Shown: positions 1 to 12,398 of the stretch, one piece after another
Numbering within the stretch: position 1 is the stretch's first letter
Layout: the number at the start of each line of letters is the position of its first letter
Source: Antechinus flavipes
Taxonomy: Eukaryota
Assembly: GCF_016432865.1 (NCBI RefSeq)
Contig: NC_067403.1
Span: forward strand, 253,518,001 to 253,582,000
Direction of reading: 5' to 3'
DNA: 64,000 bases
Made by a program: the position numbers and the translations under genes
The notes under the pieces: model-generated
The model's input: the letters and a program-made list of their open reading frames with translations, nothing else
The model's database searches: none
What the model was told of the DNA's origin: nothing

Positions 1-147
1 GCCCCGTCCTCAGGGTCGGCCCGAGCCGGGCAGAGGCTGAGCCGCGACACCGGGGACTCCGCGGAAGCTTTCCTGGAGGGCTGGGCTGTCCTAGGCCAGC
101 TTCCCGAGGCTGAGTGGGGCAAGCGCTGTTTCCCTTCTCCCCGTCAG

Positions 148-228
148 GTGGCCGAGCAGCTCATTAACCCCTTTGGAGAAGATGACGATGATTTTGAGAC
201 CAATTGGCTGATCGACCGGAATTTGCAG
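148..228 (+). CDS. BEST1: Bestrophin-1 internal exon (equivalent to human exon 8)
   Basis: Acceptor tcccttctccccgtcag and donor gtacag flank 81 bp encoding [27 protein letters not shown], the bestrophin acidic Ca2+-clasp motif. Same length as I recall for the human exon. Confidence 0.97.
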
Positions 229-569
229 GTACAGAAATGGCAAAGTCAGCCAGTCCTGAAGGGGGGAGGGGGCGGAGAGGGGGCCTGCACAGTTCTAGGC
301 ACTTTGAGAGAGGAAAAAAAACCCCAGAATCCTCTATTAAGCACCTACAGTGGGCAAAACCTCGTACTGGTTGGTGAGGGAGATGATACATTTTGTAGGA
401 CGCCGTCCTTGCTGGTCCTGGCCCTTCCAATCCAACTCCGATCCCCATGCGGTTACAGAATCCCCCCCACGTAACTGAATTTTATTTTATAAAAACGTTC
501 TCAGATACATTCACCTATTGGCTCTCGTTAACAAGCCCGTGAAACCAGTCAGCTAAAAATAGCTAGTGA

Positions 570-735
570 GCATTTACAAAGCACAACCACCTTGTGAGGG
601 AGGGGCCATCATTATCCCCATTTTACAGATGAGGAAACTGAGGCAGACAGAAATCATGTGACCTGCCCAAGGTCACAACTAGGAAGTGTATTTGAATTCA
701 GGTCTTCCTGATTCCAAGTATTGGGTTCTAGCTAT
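570..735 (-). mobile_element. MIR/CORE-SINE fragment
   Basis: Core sequence cccattttacagatgaggaaactgaggca...acctgcccaaggtcaca. Similar fragments lie near 17965-18115, 24690-24770, 44285-44440 and 58375-58510. Confidence 0.85.
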
Positions 736-1518
736 TGATCCCTCTAAAGGAATATGTTATTTACTTAGGAGGGAGGAGGTGGAATTGACTGAGTTGGGAG
801 GGCGGGGAGTGACAAGGCCAAAGTGAGTCACTAGCGGTCAGTTAACTAACGGCTATTTATTAATATCATAAATAACGGCTAGAATGTGAATGTATTTATG
901 TGCTGGGAGTCAGGGAGGAGCGGCTTAAAAACCAGAAACAGACAAACCAACCCCAAGCCCCAGAGCTGCACGTCGCCTACCCCCAAGGGGCTGAGCTTGA
1001 GCCCCGAGCGCAGACGTTGCCTTCATTCATTCATTCATTCATTCACCCCCTCAGGAATGACTCAATGGCTGCCAGAGCCAAGGCCTGCCCTTCCAGCTGG
1101 GGGGCGACAATATAACCTCACAAACCCGAGAGACGCCGTCATGTGTGCTTATAGGAGAGGCTTTCGGAAGGAGAACAGGGATCTCCGGGAGCAGCCTGAG
1201 GGGTTACTGATGGGGAACCCAGGAAGGCCCTGCGGGAGGGGCCAGCCTTAGCTGGGGGAGTCAAGGATGGCAAAGAGGGGGGAGGGGGCCAGAGACCCCG
1301 AGGGGGAGGGGAGAGCAGCTCAGCCCGGCTAACGATGAAGGCGGCCTTCTCGGGGTCAGGAGGCCCTTCCTCCGTCAAGTTCTCGCTCCGTTCTTGGATT
1401 CCCCCTGAGTCCACATTGCAGGAACGAAAGGGAGCGGAGCCCAAGAGCTGCTTTCTGAGAACAGCCCCCAGCTCGGCGTCCGGGCCCTTTCTCACTCCTC
1501 CCTCCCCCCCAAACGCAG

Positions 1519-1670
1519 GTATCTCTCCTGGCCGTGGATGAGATGCACCAGGACCTGCCAGTCCTGGAGAAGGACGTGTTCTGGAACGACCCCGATCCCC
1601 ACCTGCCCTACACGGCCGCAGCTGCCGAGTCCAAGCGCGCCTCCTTCCTGGGCTCCACCTTCGACATCAA
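1519..1670 (+). CDS. BEST1: Bestrophin-1 internal exon (equivalent to human exon 9)
   Basis: Flanked by cgcag and gtgagt; 152 bp in phase with the previous exon, encoding [50 protein letters not shown]. Not shown as such in the ORF track because it has no start codon in this frame. Confidence 0.96.
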
Positions 1671-1952
1671 GTGAGTCCCCCTCCCCCTTCCCCCCTCTCA
1701 GGGCTGGGGTGATGGAAGGAAGAGGCCTCGGGCCCCAAGACCTCCCTCATGGGCAGGAAAAGCCCACCAGGTTTGGAGGTTTAATCTGATAGAACGTCTT
1801 GGGGTCTGAAGGGAGTGAACAAGATGCTCGTGTTCTCCAGAAAATAAAATGAACTCTGGCGGTTCCTGCTGCCCCTCCTAGCACTGACACACCTGGGGCC
1901 TTACTTGGACTTGGGTCTCCCTAAGCTGCTCTTCTCTCTGTCTCTCTGTGTG

Positions 1953-1959
<7 letters not shown>

Positions 1960-2025
<66 letters not shown>

Positions 2026-2060
2026 TTGACCGTCTCTGTCTCGGTCTCTGTCTCATTAAC
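1960..2060. repeat. (CT)n / (CTGTCT)n microsatellite
   Basis: Directly visible. Similar CT/GA-rich tracts at 5813-6470, 13440-13590, 17100-17280, 34585-34790 and 61820-62430. Confidence 0.95.
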
Positions 2061-2636
2061 ATGGCCTTCCTTGTACCACAATCTGGCCTCTGCAAGCGTC
2101 CGGGATAAGAAAACACCGACTGCGACCATTCCAAAGAGCCGCGGTCACACCTCCTAAAACCGCGGCTCGGCAGGGGCCACACCGTGTGAAGAGTGGGGAG
2201 CCGGAGGGAGCCGGCCGGGATGTTCGGGCCCCGGGCTGCTCCGAGCCCCCGCCGGCTTGGGGGGCTCCGGTTGGGCTGCAGAGGGAGCCCCTGCCCCACC
2301 CGAGGCTGGTTCCAGTTACGACCCCGGATGATTGAGCCCTGACTGAGGCCTGAGAGGGGCTTCGGGTCCGGCCCCATCATTTTGCAGCCGAGGAAGCCGA
2401 GTCTCGGAGAAGGAAGGCCCAAGGCCCCCGGGAGAAGGAAGCCCCGGAGTTAAAGCTGTTGCTCTTCTTCCCTCGGCCGGAGGAGCCGTCTGCCCCTCTC
2501 CTGTCTCTTGGGCCGCAGCTTGGGGAAGGCTGGCTTCTTGTGGCAAGGATCACAGCGGGAATGGAGGAGTCTGGGAGGCAGGGCAGCTCCGCCAAGGCCC
2601 CGGGATGGACCGCGGAGCGTTGCCTGGGTGCCGGGG

Positions 2637-2650
2637 GCCCTCTAGTGGCC
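2637..2650. promoter_or_regulatory. Candidate CTCF site in a BEST1 intron
   Basis: GCCCTCTAGTGGCC closely matches the CTCF core consensus. Motif match only. Confidence 0.45.
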
Positions 2651-2999
2651 TGACGGGGGAAGCACCGGGAAGCGAGTTTTCCGTTCAGATGCCCTGAAAT
2701 TCTACCATTGGCAATTTCAGGAAAGCCTGAGATTTAGAATCATCGAATCTGGAGCTGGACGAGACGCAGGCACCTCGTCAAATAAAAGTCACCAAGCAGA
2801 ACGCCTCCTAGCGTTTACCCAGGGCTTTAGGGCTCACACAGCATCGGACATAGATGCTCTCATTCCCATTTCCCACGTAAGGAAACTGAGGCAGGCCACG
2901 GGGAAGAGACTTATCCAGGGATTTCTATTTGTTAAAGTAGCATCGCACGAGACGTAGCTGGTAGAGGCGGGATTTTCACTAGGCACGGGTCAGGTTTTC

Positions 3000-3490
3000 A
3001 GCGCTGACCTTTGCAAAACCTTGTGTTCCGAATCTCCCCCACCCCCACCCCTAGATGGCAAGTAATCCACTATAGGTTAAAATCCAATATATGTTACTTG
3101 CTAAATCCAATATATTCTACACATTTGTACAATTATCCTGTTGCACGAGAAAAATCAGATCCAAAAGGAAAAAAATGAGAAAGAAAACAAAATGGAACGA
3201 ACAAAAGGAGTGGCCACGCTAGGTTATGCTCCCCACGCGGTCCCACAGTCCTGGGTGGGAGGGCTCTCCATCACAAGAGCAGCGGAGCTGGCCCGAACCA
3301 TCTCGATGTTGGGAAGAGCCCGGCCGTTCGCGTGCTCTTCGGTTGCCGCGGACGATGGTCTGGTTCCGTTCCTTTCCCTCGGCATCAGTTCGTGTAATCC
3401 TCCCCTTCGGGTCGCTTCTTACGGAGCCTGGTATTCGGTAACATTCATAACCACGGCTTATTCGGCCACTCTCCCTGTGACGGGCGCCGC
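3000..3490 (-). mobile_element. L1 3'-end fragment (unusually GC/CpG-rich copy)
   Basis: Collinear with the other L1 3' copies in the window (e.g. 42879-43601): ccctagatggcaagtaatcc..., ctggttcc..catcagttc..acattcata. Confidence 0.8.
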
Positions 3491-3907
3491 TGAGCCCTCC
3501 GGACGGGGCCGCCGCAAACACTTCGCACCCGTGGCTCCCTTCCCGCCTTTAAGCCCTCTCTGGGATAGAGGCCCTGCTGGGTCAGAGGGCACGGAAAACC
3601 TCTGGAAAGGTGGGATTCCAGCGGCTCCGTCCGGCGCTCTCCCCACTAGCCCACATCACACACTAACTCCCACCTCTTCCTCCTTATGTGATCCTGGCTT
3701 CCAGCGCTCTTTTCCTTCAGTAAGTGGGGGGCCACAGTACTTGGCCACGTGAGTGGGGTGGCAAAGGACCCTAACAAATCCTGACATGGGGGCGGGCGCT
3801 CTTCCTGGGCCGCCAGGGCCAAGGCCACTGGGGGGCGGAGGGCGAGATCGGCCGGGAGTGAGCGGGCCCTGCCCAGGCTGACCAGGTGGGTGTTCTGTCT
3901 CCCCCAG

Positions 3908-5036
3908 CATGCAGAAAGAAGAGATGGAGTTTCAGCCCCTGGAGCAAATTAAGGAGAATGAGGAGGCGAACCACTCGACCCCATTCATGGGTCCCTTCAG
4001 CCGCCTCCTGGGGGTTCAGCCCCCCGGCTTCACCAGGTCCGCCTCCAGGATGAACCTGCTTCGGAGGAGGGATTACCCGTACCAGGACGTGGGCAAGCCC
4101 CGGGGCTCCTGCCCGGCCTGGACCTCGAGGGCCGATGCCCTTTCCCAGACCGGCTGCAGCCTGAGGGACCAGTGGGAGAGCGAAGACTCGAAGCTGCGCG
4201 AGCTGGACGCCTTCATCTCCACGCCCTTCTACGAGAGGCCCGGCTTCTACAGCGCCCCCCAGACCCCCATCAGCTCCTTCCCTCTGGTCTTCCCGCTGAG
4301 GCGCCCGCCGGGCAGAAGGGGCGCCGCCCTGGTCCAGCCGGGACCGGCCTCCGCCAAGGACAACTGCGCCACCTTGGGCCCCTCCCAGGCCAGCGACATG
4401 GATGCCAGCCAGAACTCGGTGACCTCCAGCGTGAGGGAAACTTTTGTCTGGCCCACAGAGAGAGGCAGAAGCCCCGAGGCTTCCTTGGTGGCCCCCCTGG
4501 AGGACCATCTGCCCGGGAAACTCGAAGACCTCAGTGTCCCGGGGACCCCGGAGGCCCAACCCCCAGCTTCTGAGAGCCTCAGCGGGCTATTCCAGGCCGA
4601 CGGGGAGAAGCCGGATGGCTGCAGGAGGCCCAGAAGCCCCTGGCAGCCTTGGCTGGCCCTGGAGGACGCCTCTGCCCTCTGTTCGGATTCGCTCCCCGCT
4701 GCAATGGGCAGCCCCAGTGGTGGCCCTGCCCTGCCCCCCGCCAGCCCCCTGGCACCTCCATCGCTCTCTGCGGTCAGGTCCAGCAAAGCCGCTGTCCCTG
4801 GCTCAGAGGGCGCCGGGCCCAGTCCCCTCGGCCCAGTCCCCAGGGAAACATCGGAGGCCCTGAGGGACCGGGGGAGCGACGTCCACTTCCCCAGCGGGCA
4901 CGGGGCTGCCGCGGAGCATTCCTCTCCCAAAGACTCGGGCATCTCCCTGGCAGAGGGGGACTTGGCGGGCCTGGTGGAAACTGTGCTGGAGAGAGGCAAG
5001 TTCTCCAAGTCGGGGCAAGTGGGCAGGTTCAGTTAG
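3908..5036 (+). CDS. BEST1: Bestrophin-1 terminal coding exon (long cytoplasmic C-terminus)
   Basis: Acceptor ctgtctcccccag at 3907. Phase fits the upstream exon (AA|C). Encodes MQKEEMEFQP...RPGFYSAPQTPIS..., which matches the BEST1 exon-10 motifs. Frame stays open to TAG at 5034-5036. Confidence 0.9.
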
Positions 5037-5172
5037 CCCAGGAGCCAGGGTCTCCCAACGCCTTCCTCACACAGCTCCTTCCCTTTCCTTATGCACCAGA
5101 CCCCTCCCCACGCTGAAGGAGACTGCAGGAACTGGTCGGCCAGCAGAGGGCTTTTCCCAAAGCCAGCCCGAG

Positions 5173-6295
5173 NNNNNNNNNNNNNNNNNNNNNNNNNNNN
5201 NNNNNNNNNNNNNNNNNNNNNNNNNNNNNNNNNNNNNNNNNNNNNNNNNNNNNNNNNNNNNNNNNNNNNNNNNNNNNNNNNNNNNNNNNNNNNNNNNNNN
5301 NNNNNNNNNNNNNNNNNNNNNNNNNNNNNNNNNNNNNNNNNNNNNNNNNNNNNNNNNNNNNNNNNNNNNNNNNNNNNNNNNNNNNNNNNNNNNNNNNNNN
5401 NNNNNNNNNNNNNNNNNNNNNNNNNNNNNNNNNNNNNNNNNNNNNNNNNNNNNNNNNNNNNNNNNNNNNNNNNNNNNNNNNNNNNNNNNNNNNNNNNNNN
5501 NNNNNNNNNNNNNNNNNNNNNNNNNNNNNNNNNNNNNNNNNNNNNNNNNNNNNNNNNNNNNNNNNNNNNNNNNNNNNNNNNNNNNNNNNNNNNNNNNNNN
5601 NNNNNNNNNNNNNNNNNNNNNNNNNNNNNNNNNNNNNNNNNNNNNNNNNNNNNNNNNNNNNNNNNNNNNNNNNNNNNNNNNNNNNNNNNNNNNNNNNNNN
5701 NNNNNNNNNNNNNNNNNNNNNNNNNNNNNNNNNNNNNNNNNNNNNNNNNNNNNNNNNNNNNNNNNNNNNNNNNNNNNNNNNNNNNNNNNNNNNNNNNNNN
5801 NNNNNNNNNNNNAAAGGAAAAAGGAAGAAAGGAAGAAAGAAAGGAGAAAGGAAGAAAGAAAGGAGAATGGANNNNNNNNNNNNNNNNNNNNNNNNNNNNN
5901 NNNNNNNNNNNNNNNNNNNNNNNNNNNNNNNNNNNNNNNNNNNNNNNNNNNNNNNNNNNNNNNNNNNNNNNNNNNNNNNNNNNNNNNNNNNNNNNNNNNN
6001 NNNNNNNNNNNNNNNNNNNNNNNNNNNNNNNNNNNNNNNNNNNNNNNNNNNNNNNNNNNNNNNNNNNNNNNNNNNNNNNNNNNNNNNNNNNNNNNNNNNN
6101 NNNNNNNNNNNNNNNNNNNNNNNNNNNNNNNNNNNNNNNNNNNNNNNNNNNNNNNNNNNNNNNNNNNNNNNNNNNNNNNNNNNNNNNNNNNNNNNNNNNN
6201 NNNNNNNNNNNNNNNNNNNNNNNNNNNNNNNNNNNNNNNNNNNNNNNNNNNNNNNNNNNNNNNNNNNNNNNNNNNNNNNNNNNNNNNNNNNNNNN
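5173..6295. other. Assembly gaps (N) 5173-5812 and 5872-6295; others at 47293-47628, 48761-48905, 52211-52368 and 56101-56228
   Basis: Runs of n, mostly next to low-complexity repeats. Confidence 1.
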
Positions 6296-6675
6296 AAGGG
6301 AGGAAGAAGGAACAAAGGAATGGAGGAAGGAAAAGAAAGAAGGGAAGAGGAAGGAAGGGAAAGGAAGGAGGGAGGGAGGAAAAGAAAAGAAAAAAGAAAG
6401 GGAGTAAGGGAAGAAAAGAAATCGAGAGGAAAAGGAAGTGAGGAAAGGAAGGAAAGAGGGAAGGGCAGACTCCCTGACCGCAGCAGTTCCTGCCACCTGC
6501 TCACCCTGAAGGGGCAGCCCAGGACCCCCTAAGTGGCACCTTGGCAGACGCTGCCTTATTCTGCCTTCTCTTGCTTTGTTCAGTTGCCCACCACCTCCCA
6601 GCAGCCAGCTGTTTCCTTCAACCCCAGGAGGCTGGAAATCTCCCGCACCCCCAAGCTCTCGCCCCCGCGTTCCGA

Positions 6676-6681
6676 AATAAA
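6676..6681 (+). terminator. Candidate BEST1 polyadenylation signal (a second AATAAA at 7081-7086)
   Basis: AATAAA hexamers downstream of the BEST1 stop and before the FTH1 3' end. The intervening UTR is largely N-gap, so the site actually used is uncertain. Confidence 0.4.
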
Positions 6682-7357
6682 AGCCGCGTGGCTCGGAAGC
6701 TGTGTCCTGCCACCTTCGGGTGCCTAGCTGGGGGTTGGCTCGGGCTTGGCACTCACTCAGGGGATTTCCGCCAACAGCTTTGGGGATCCCTGCCCGGCAT
6801 TTCCTGGGGCAGTCGCTAGGCCGGGAACAGGATGGGTGGGTGGCGGACAGAGCAGGGAGGACCCCGCACCACGGATTTATTGGGGAATCCCACAGCGGGC
6901 ACCAGGCCAGGGGATCTCAGTGCAGACCAGAGAACATGTACCTAAATGCCCCCTAACTCGCTCTCCCTGGGGGGTCAGCTATAGGTAGACTAGGCCAGGT
7001 CATCTCTGCCAAGCCCCTCCCGCTGCCCTAGAACCCCCAAGTCTGTGCCTTTCACTGCTGCCCAGGGAGGAGCAGGTGCAAATAAATAGCTAGACTGGAA
7101 GAGCTCCCATGAGGTAAGATGGGGGAGGGCGGTCCCCTTACAGCCAGAACAAAGGACCTATTGTTTTATGCAGACTAAGATCTGCAAGCAGGACTTGCAC
7201 CTCCATGGGACTGGGTCTTGGGGCTAGTTTAAAAGGTGGCAACCTCTCCCCCACTCAGGATTTACTGGCCACGGGCCACAGGTTCACCAACCCCCCGCCT
7301 TATGGATCAGCCCAAAAGAGAGCACGGCACACAGTCGTTTCATCAGTACCAAGTCAC

Positions 7358-7363
7358 TTTATT
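7358..7363 (-). terminator. FTH1 polyadenylation signal
   Basis: tttatt on + (AATAAA on -), ~130 nt after the FTH1 stop codon. Confidence 0.85.
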
Positions 7364-7490
7364 GGGATGTAAATGGTGGTAGTTTTTTGGTACAGATTAT
7401 GAAAAGGTCAGATAACCAAAATATGCATGCACTGAAAGACAGTGGGAGTCTCGCCCACACTTCCCAGGTGTGGGGGAAGCCAGGTGCGGC

Positions 7491-7685
<195 letters not shown>

Positions 7686-7688
7686 TCA

Positions 7689-8137
<449 letters not shown>

Positions 8138-8612
8138 CTAATTGCAGGAGCCGAGCCGCGGGGGCGCCCAATCAGGGGCTCAAGCTCATCTCCCTCTTTA
8201 TTGCCGCCCGGGGGGGGGGCTCGGTAAGCCTGCAAAGGCCCAAGAACAGGAGCTGACCCATCTACACAACGAGTCCCGGGTATGAAAGGGGTCCGCCCTT
8301 CCGAGCCCCCGCCCCAAAACGGCTAAAGGTCAGAGTGGGCACGGGTTGCCTCAATGCCGAGGTTTACAAGCGGGGTCAGGACTGTAAGAACGCTTTAAGG
8401 GAGAGCCTCTCCACCCGCCATCAGCGGCTTCTAGGGGCTTTGCGCCTAGGGCTTTATCTCAGCCGGGCCCCGCCCTTGATCGCACGGCCCCAGGACTCAC
8501 GGAGCCGTGTGGAGGCGGGGCTTCGCAGAAGCTCCAGTGCGCAGGCGCAGACTCCCCCGCCCCGCAGGGGCTAACTGAGGGGAGGGGTGCCCCGCCCCCC
8601 TCGGGGGCCTCA

Positions 8613-9135
<523 letters not shown>

Positions 9136-12100
9136 CCGCGCCGGGGGCGCGCGGGGGGCGGGCCCGGGCATCACGGGACCCGCGGCCTCCGCCCTTCCCT
9201 CGCAGCCCCCTCAGTCGGAGTTTGCGCTCTACGAACGGAGGGGGGAGGGGCGGCTCTTCTCGTCCCCCGGGACTGGGGGGAGGCGGGCGGAGGCTGGAAT
9301 CTCCCGCTGTTCCTTGAAGCGAGCTCTCCCCCTCCCCTGCCCACACCCAGGATTGCATTAGGGTTTGGGTTGGGGGTACACTGCGGATGGGGAGGGAGAT
9401 TAGACCAAGCCCACGCGCCCCTTTTGTCTGGAATGGCTTTCTTTCCCCTCCTTTTTGGATGAGCTGCCTTTAGGAGGAGGGTCCCTCCCCTGGGAATGAA
9501 GAGAAATCAGGGAGGGGGTCTCGGCAGCGCCGCCGGAGCGAAGCCGCCCCCTCCCGGCCCTGCAGCTGCAGAGACTGACCTTGGGGAGGGGGGCTGGGCC
9601 CTCCGAGACTCAAAGCCCGGAGTCTGGGTACGAGCCCAGGGGGAGGCAGCGTTTGGAACCCCCCACCCCTTCCTTGTGAAATGGGGGCGTGGGCTTCCGC
9701 CCTGCGATCCCCACCCCGCTGTCTGGGATTTCTCCGCCCCTCACCCCACCTTACAGATGGGGAAACTGAGGCGCAGGACGCGAGCAGTCTGACCCAAGGT
9801 CATCCTAGCCCGTCTAACACGGAGGGTCTGGGCCCTGCTGGGTCAGTCACGTGCGCCGGCAACACAAAGACCCGGGAAAAAACCGAAGCAGCCTCTCTCT
9901 CCCAGTACATAGACAAAGGTGACCTCCGCCCCCACGGAGAGAGATTCCCGGTGGGGGGGCGGGAGGGGGAGGGGGGACCCCTTCCCGGAGACTTGTTTTT
10001 GATGTGCAGAGAGTGGGACAAAGGGAGCCGGAGCCCGGCACGTGTCTTTAAGAGGTGACTTTGGACCCCTCGGTCTGGACACCTGTGGGCGCTCTGGGGG
10101 TGAGGGTGGGGGGCCGGCCAGCCTTGCCCTCCGCTTCCCAGTGTGTGGGGGGGCAGCTCTTGCTCTTCTAGGCTACTCCCTTAGCCGGTATCAGCCTGAG
10201 AGGAAAGGGCAGGATGGCCCCCAGTCCCCCGTGGTTGGGCAGTCCCAAGGCGGCCCCTCTGGGCTGGGACCGAGAGCAGGAGGGGCCGCAGGGTGGCCCC
10301 GAGCCATGGCGCCCATCCTTGGCCCCTCCCGGAGCCGCAGGGGTGCGAGCCCTTCCTCCTCTGATTCTGGGGCCGGGTCAGCTGGGGGATGGGCGCCGAG
10401 GAGGGCAGGGGCCAGCCCGCGCTCCCCTCCCCCGCCGGGCCTAACGGTCCCCAGACCGCCGAGGTGGGCGGCCCCGCTGAGGATGGGAGCTGGCGCCCAG
10501 AGGCCCTTGGCACCGGGCGTGTTTTTAAGAATGGGAGACAACAATCATTATCAGCTCCTGGCCCGGGCCCAGGTGAGGTCACTGGGCCCTTGGCCAAGCG
10601 CGGGGGCAGGAGCCGGGACCTCAGGTGGATGCGGGATCCTCAGTGGGCCGGGGCAGCACATGGCCTTCTCCCAGAGCAGGGGGCGGGGCGGCAGGAGGGA
10701 GCCCCCGCTTAATGGGGGGCTGGAGTCGGGCTGAGCCTGGGCTCCTTCCCGGGAAAGGGGGGTTTGAGCCCTACAGGACCTCATTGTGCCCTATCTCCTG
10801 GAGCCAGGAGGCCGCGGGGCCCGGAGACAATTGGGCCAAGAGATAACCGCGAGCCGTAGCTGCGGATGCTCCCCGGGCCCTCCCTGGCTCCTGCTGAAAG
10901 CAGATACGGCTCCTCCGCTCTTCCCGGCGGCCCCAGGTGGGACGGGCTGATGTCACGCTTCCCGCCATCCGGCCGCTCTCCCTCCCCCCAACCAGAAACG
11001 GGGGGGGGGGGGGCGGCCACCTGGTTCTCGGAGAAAATCTTTTGTGTAGCTGAGTTCGGCAAAGGAGAAAATGGGGGAAATCTGTTCTTGGCCAGGCTGC
11101 TCTGGGGAAAGGTCACGTGAGCTGGAGGGGCAGCTGCGGCTGGAGAACAAGGAGCAAGGTCCTAGGCCCGGCCCGGGGGCAGTGAGGACATGGCCGGACC
11201 CAGCCCCCGGGGACCCGCTGGGGGCCCCGAACGCCCACCCTAGGGGCCAGAGAGGCGGGCGTCCGGAGTGGGGAAAAAGTGGATGTTTGTTGCATAAAAT
11301 GAGGGTGGGGAGTCTTTATTTTATGAATTTAGAATCGATTCTGAGCAGGGCCTAGAGGAGTCTCCTCTATTTGAAATTCAAGGCTCCAAGTTCAGATCCG
11401 GGCTCCCCCTTGGGAGAACTTCACTCACAGGGAAATTGTGTCCCCAGAGGTCAGGCCCAGCACTGATTAAGTGCCTCCTGTATACCGGGCACCGGCTGGG
11501 GTTGGGGAGACGAGGTGTCCGAAGGCTCAGCTGTGACGTGGCTCCTGTCACGGGCAGCTCTGGTCAGTCCGCAGACGGACACCGAGCATCTTGTCGGGGC
11601 TGCTGCCAGTGGGAAGTCCTCTCCTAGAGGCCGGGCCTGAGTTCAGAGCTGCCCCCGAGGCTTCGGGCCCTCCCTGTGACGGAGGGGTCGGTGGCTCTGT
11701 GGAAGGCTCAGTGGTGCGGCCCTGCCCCAGGCCCGAGGGCCCAATGGGGGGGAAGGGGGCCAGAGGCCGCCTCCTGTGGCATCGAGGGCTTGGCCCGGGC
11801 CGGGGGCTCCTAGTTCCAGTCCCTGGCCCTGGGAGGGGCCTCAGCCCGGAGCCTTCTCGGAGCCCAGATGAGGGATCCTTAGGCCCGAGCACTGACCGTC
11901 GGGCCTTGGAACCAAGGTTTCTGAGGCCAAAGAGCCCTGGGGATGTCCGAGCTCGGGGGGACGCGGACCCTGCAGCCGGAGGTCTCGGGCTCAGAGGGAG
12001 TGACCAGAGAGCCAGTGTCAGAACCAGGCCAGGGGGCCGGCCCAGAGCTCGGGCCCAGCCCCAAGGGGGAGGAGGGGGTGCCGCCGTTGTCCTGTGCCTC

Positions 12101-12346
12101 TGAGGGCCGGGCTGGGGGAGGGGGGAGGCTGGACAAACAGTAAGAGTGTGTGTGAGTGATTGTGCACCCACCTGTGGGGAAGGGGGGGGCAGCGGCTGCG
12201 GCAAAGGCCCCCTTCCCCCCTTTCCTGGCGATGTTTTCTCGGTGGCTGAGGGGGGAGGGGGGGTCCGGGGAGCGGGGGCCCAGGCAGGGGGAGCGGGCGC
12301 AGGCCGGAGGCCGGTGGGGGCTGGGGGAGGGGACTGCTGTCCCACC

Positions 12347-12398
12347 ATGACTCTGCACTTTCCCAGGCTCCTGCTCTTCTGAAAACTTGCTTTGTCAT
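12347..12398. promoter_or_regulatory. Paired, oppositely oriented antioxidant response elements (FTH1 distal enhancer, FER-1/EpRE homologue)
   Basis: ATGACTCTGCA at 12347-12357 (+) and ATGACAAAGCA at 12398-12388 (-) both fit RTGACnnnGC. Spacing and the TGACAAAGCA core match my recollection of the mouse/human ferritin H enhancer. Confidence 0.8.

Noticed and set aside
5033-6532. Long ORFs (438-487 aa) across the first gaps
   Set aside because: Artefacts of N-runs and GA microsatellite; the same applies to ORFs over 47.3, 48.8, 52.2 and 56.1 kb.
8197-8202. AATAAA (- strand) in FTH1 intron 1 as an intronic poly(A) site
   Set aside because: A single hexamer with no clear downstream U/GU-rich element; compatible with chance.
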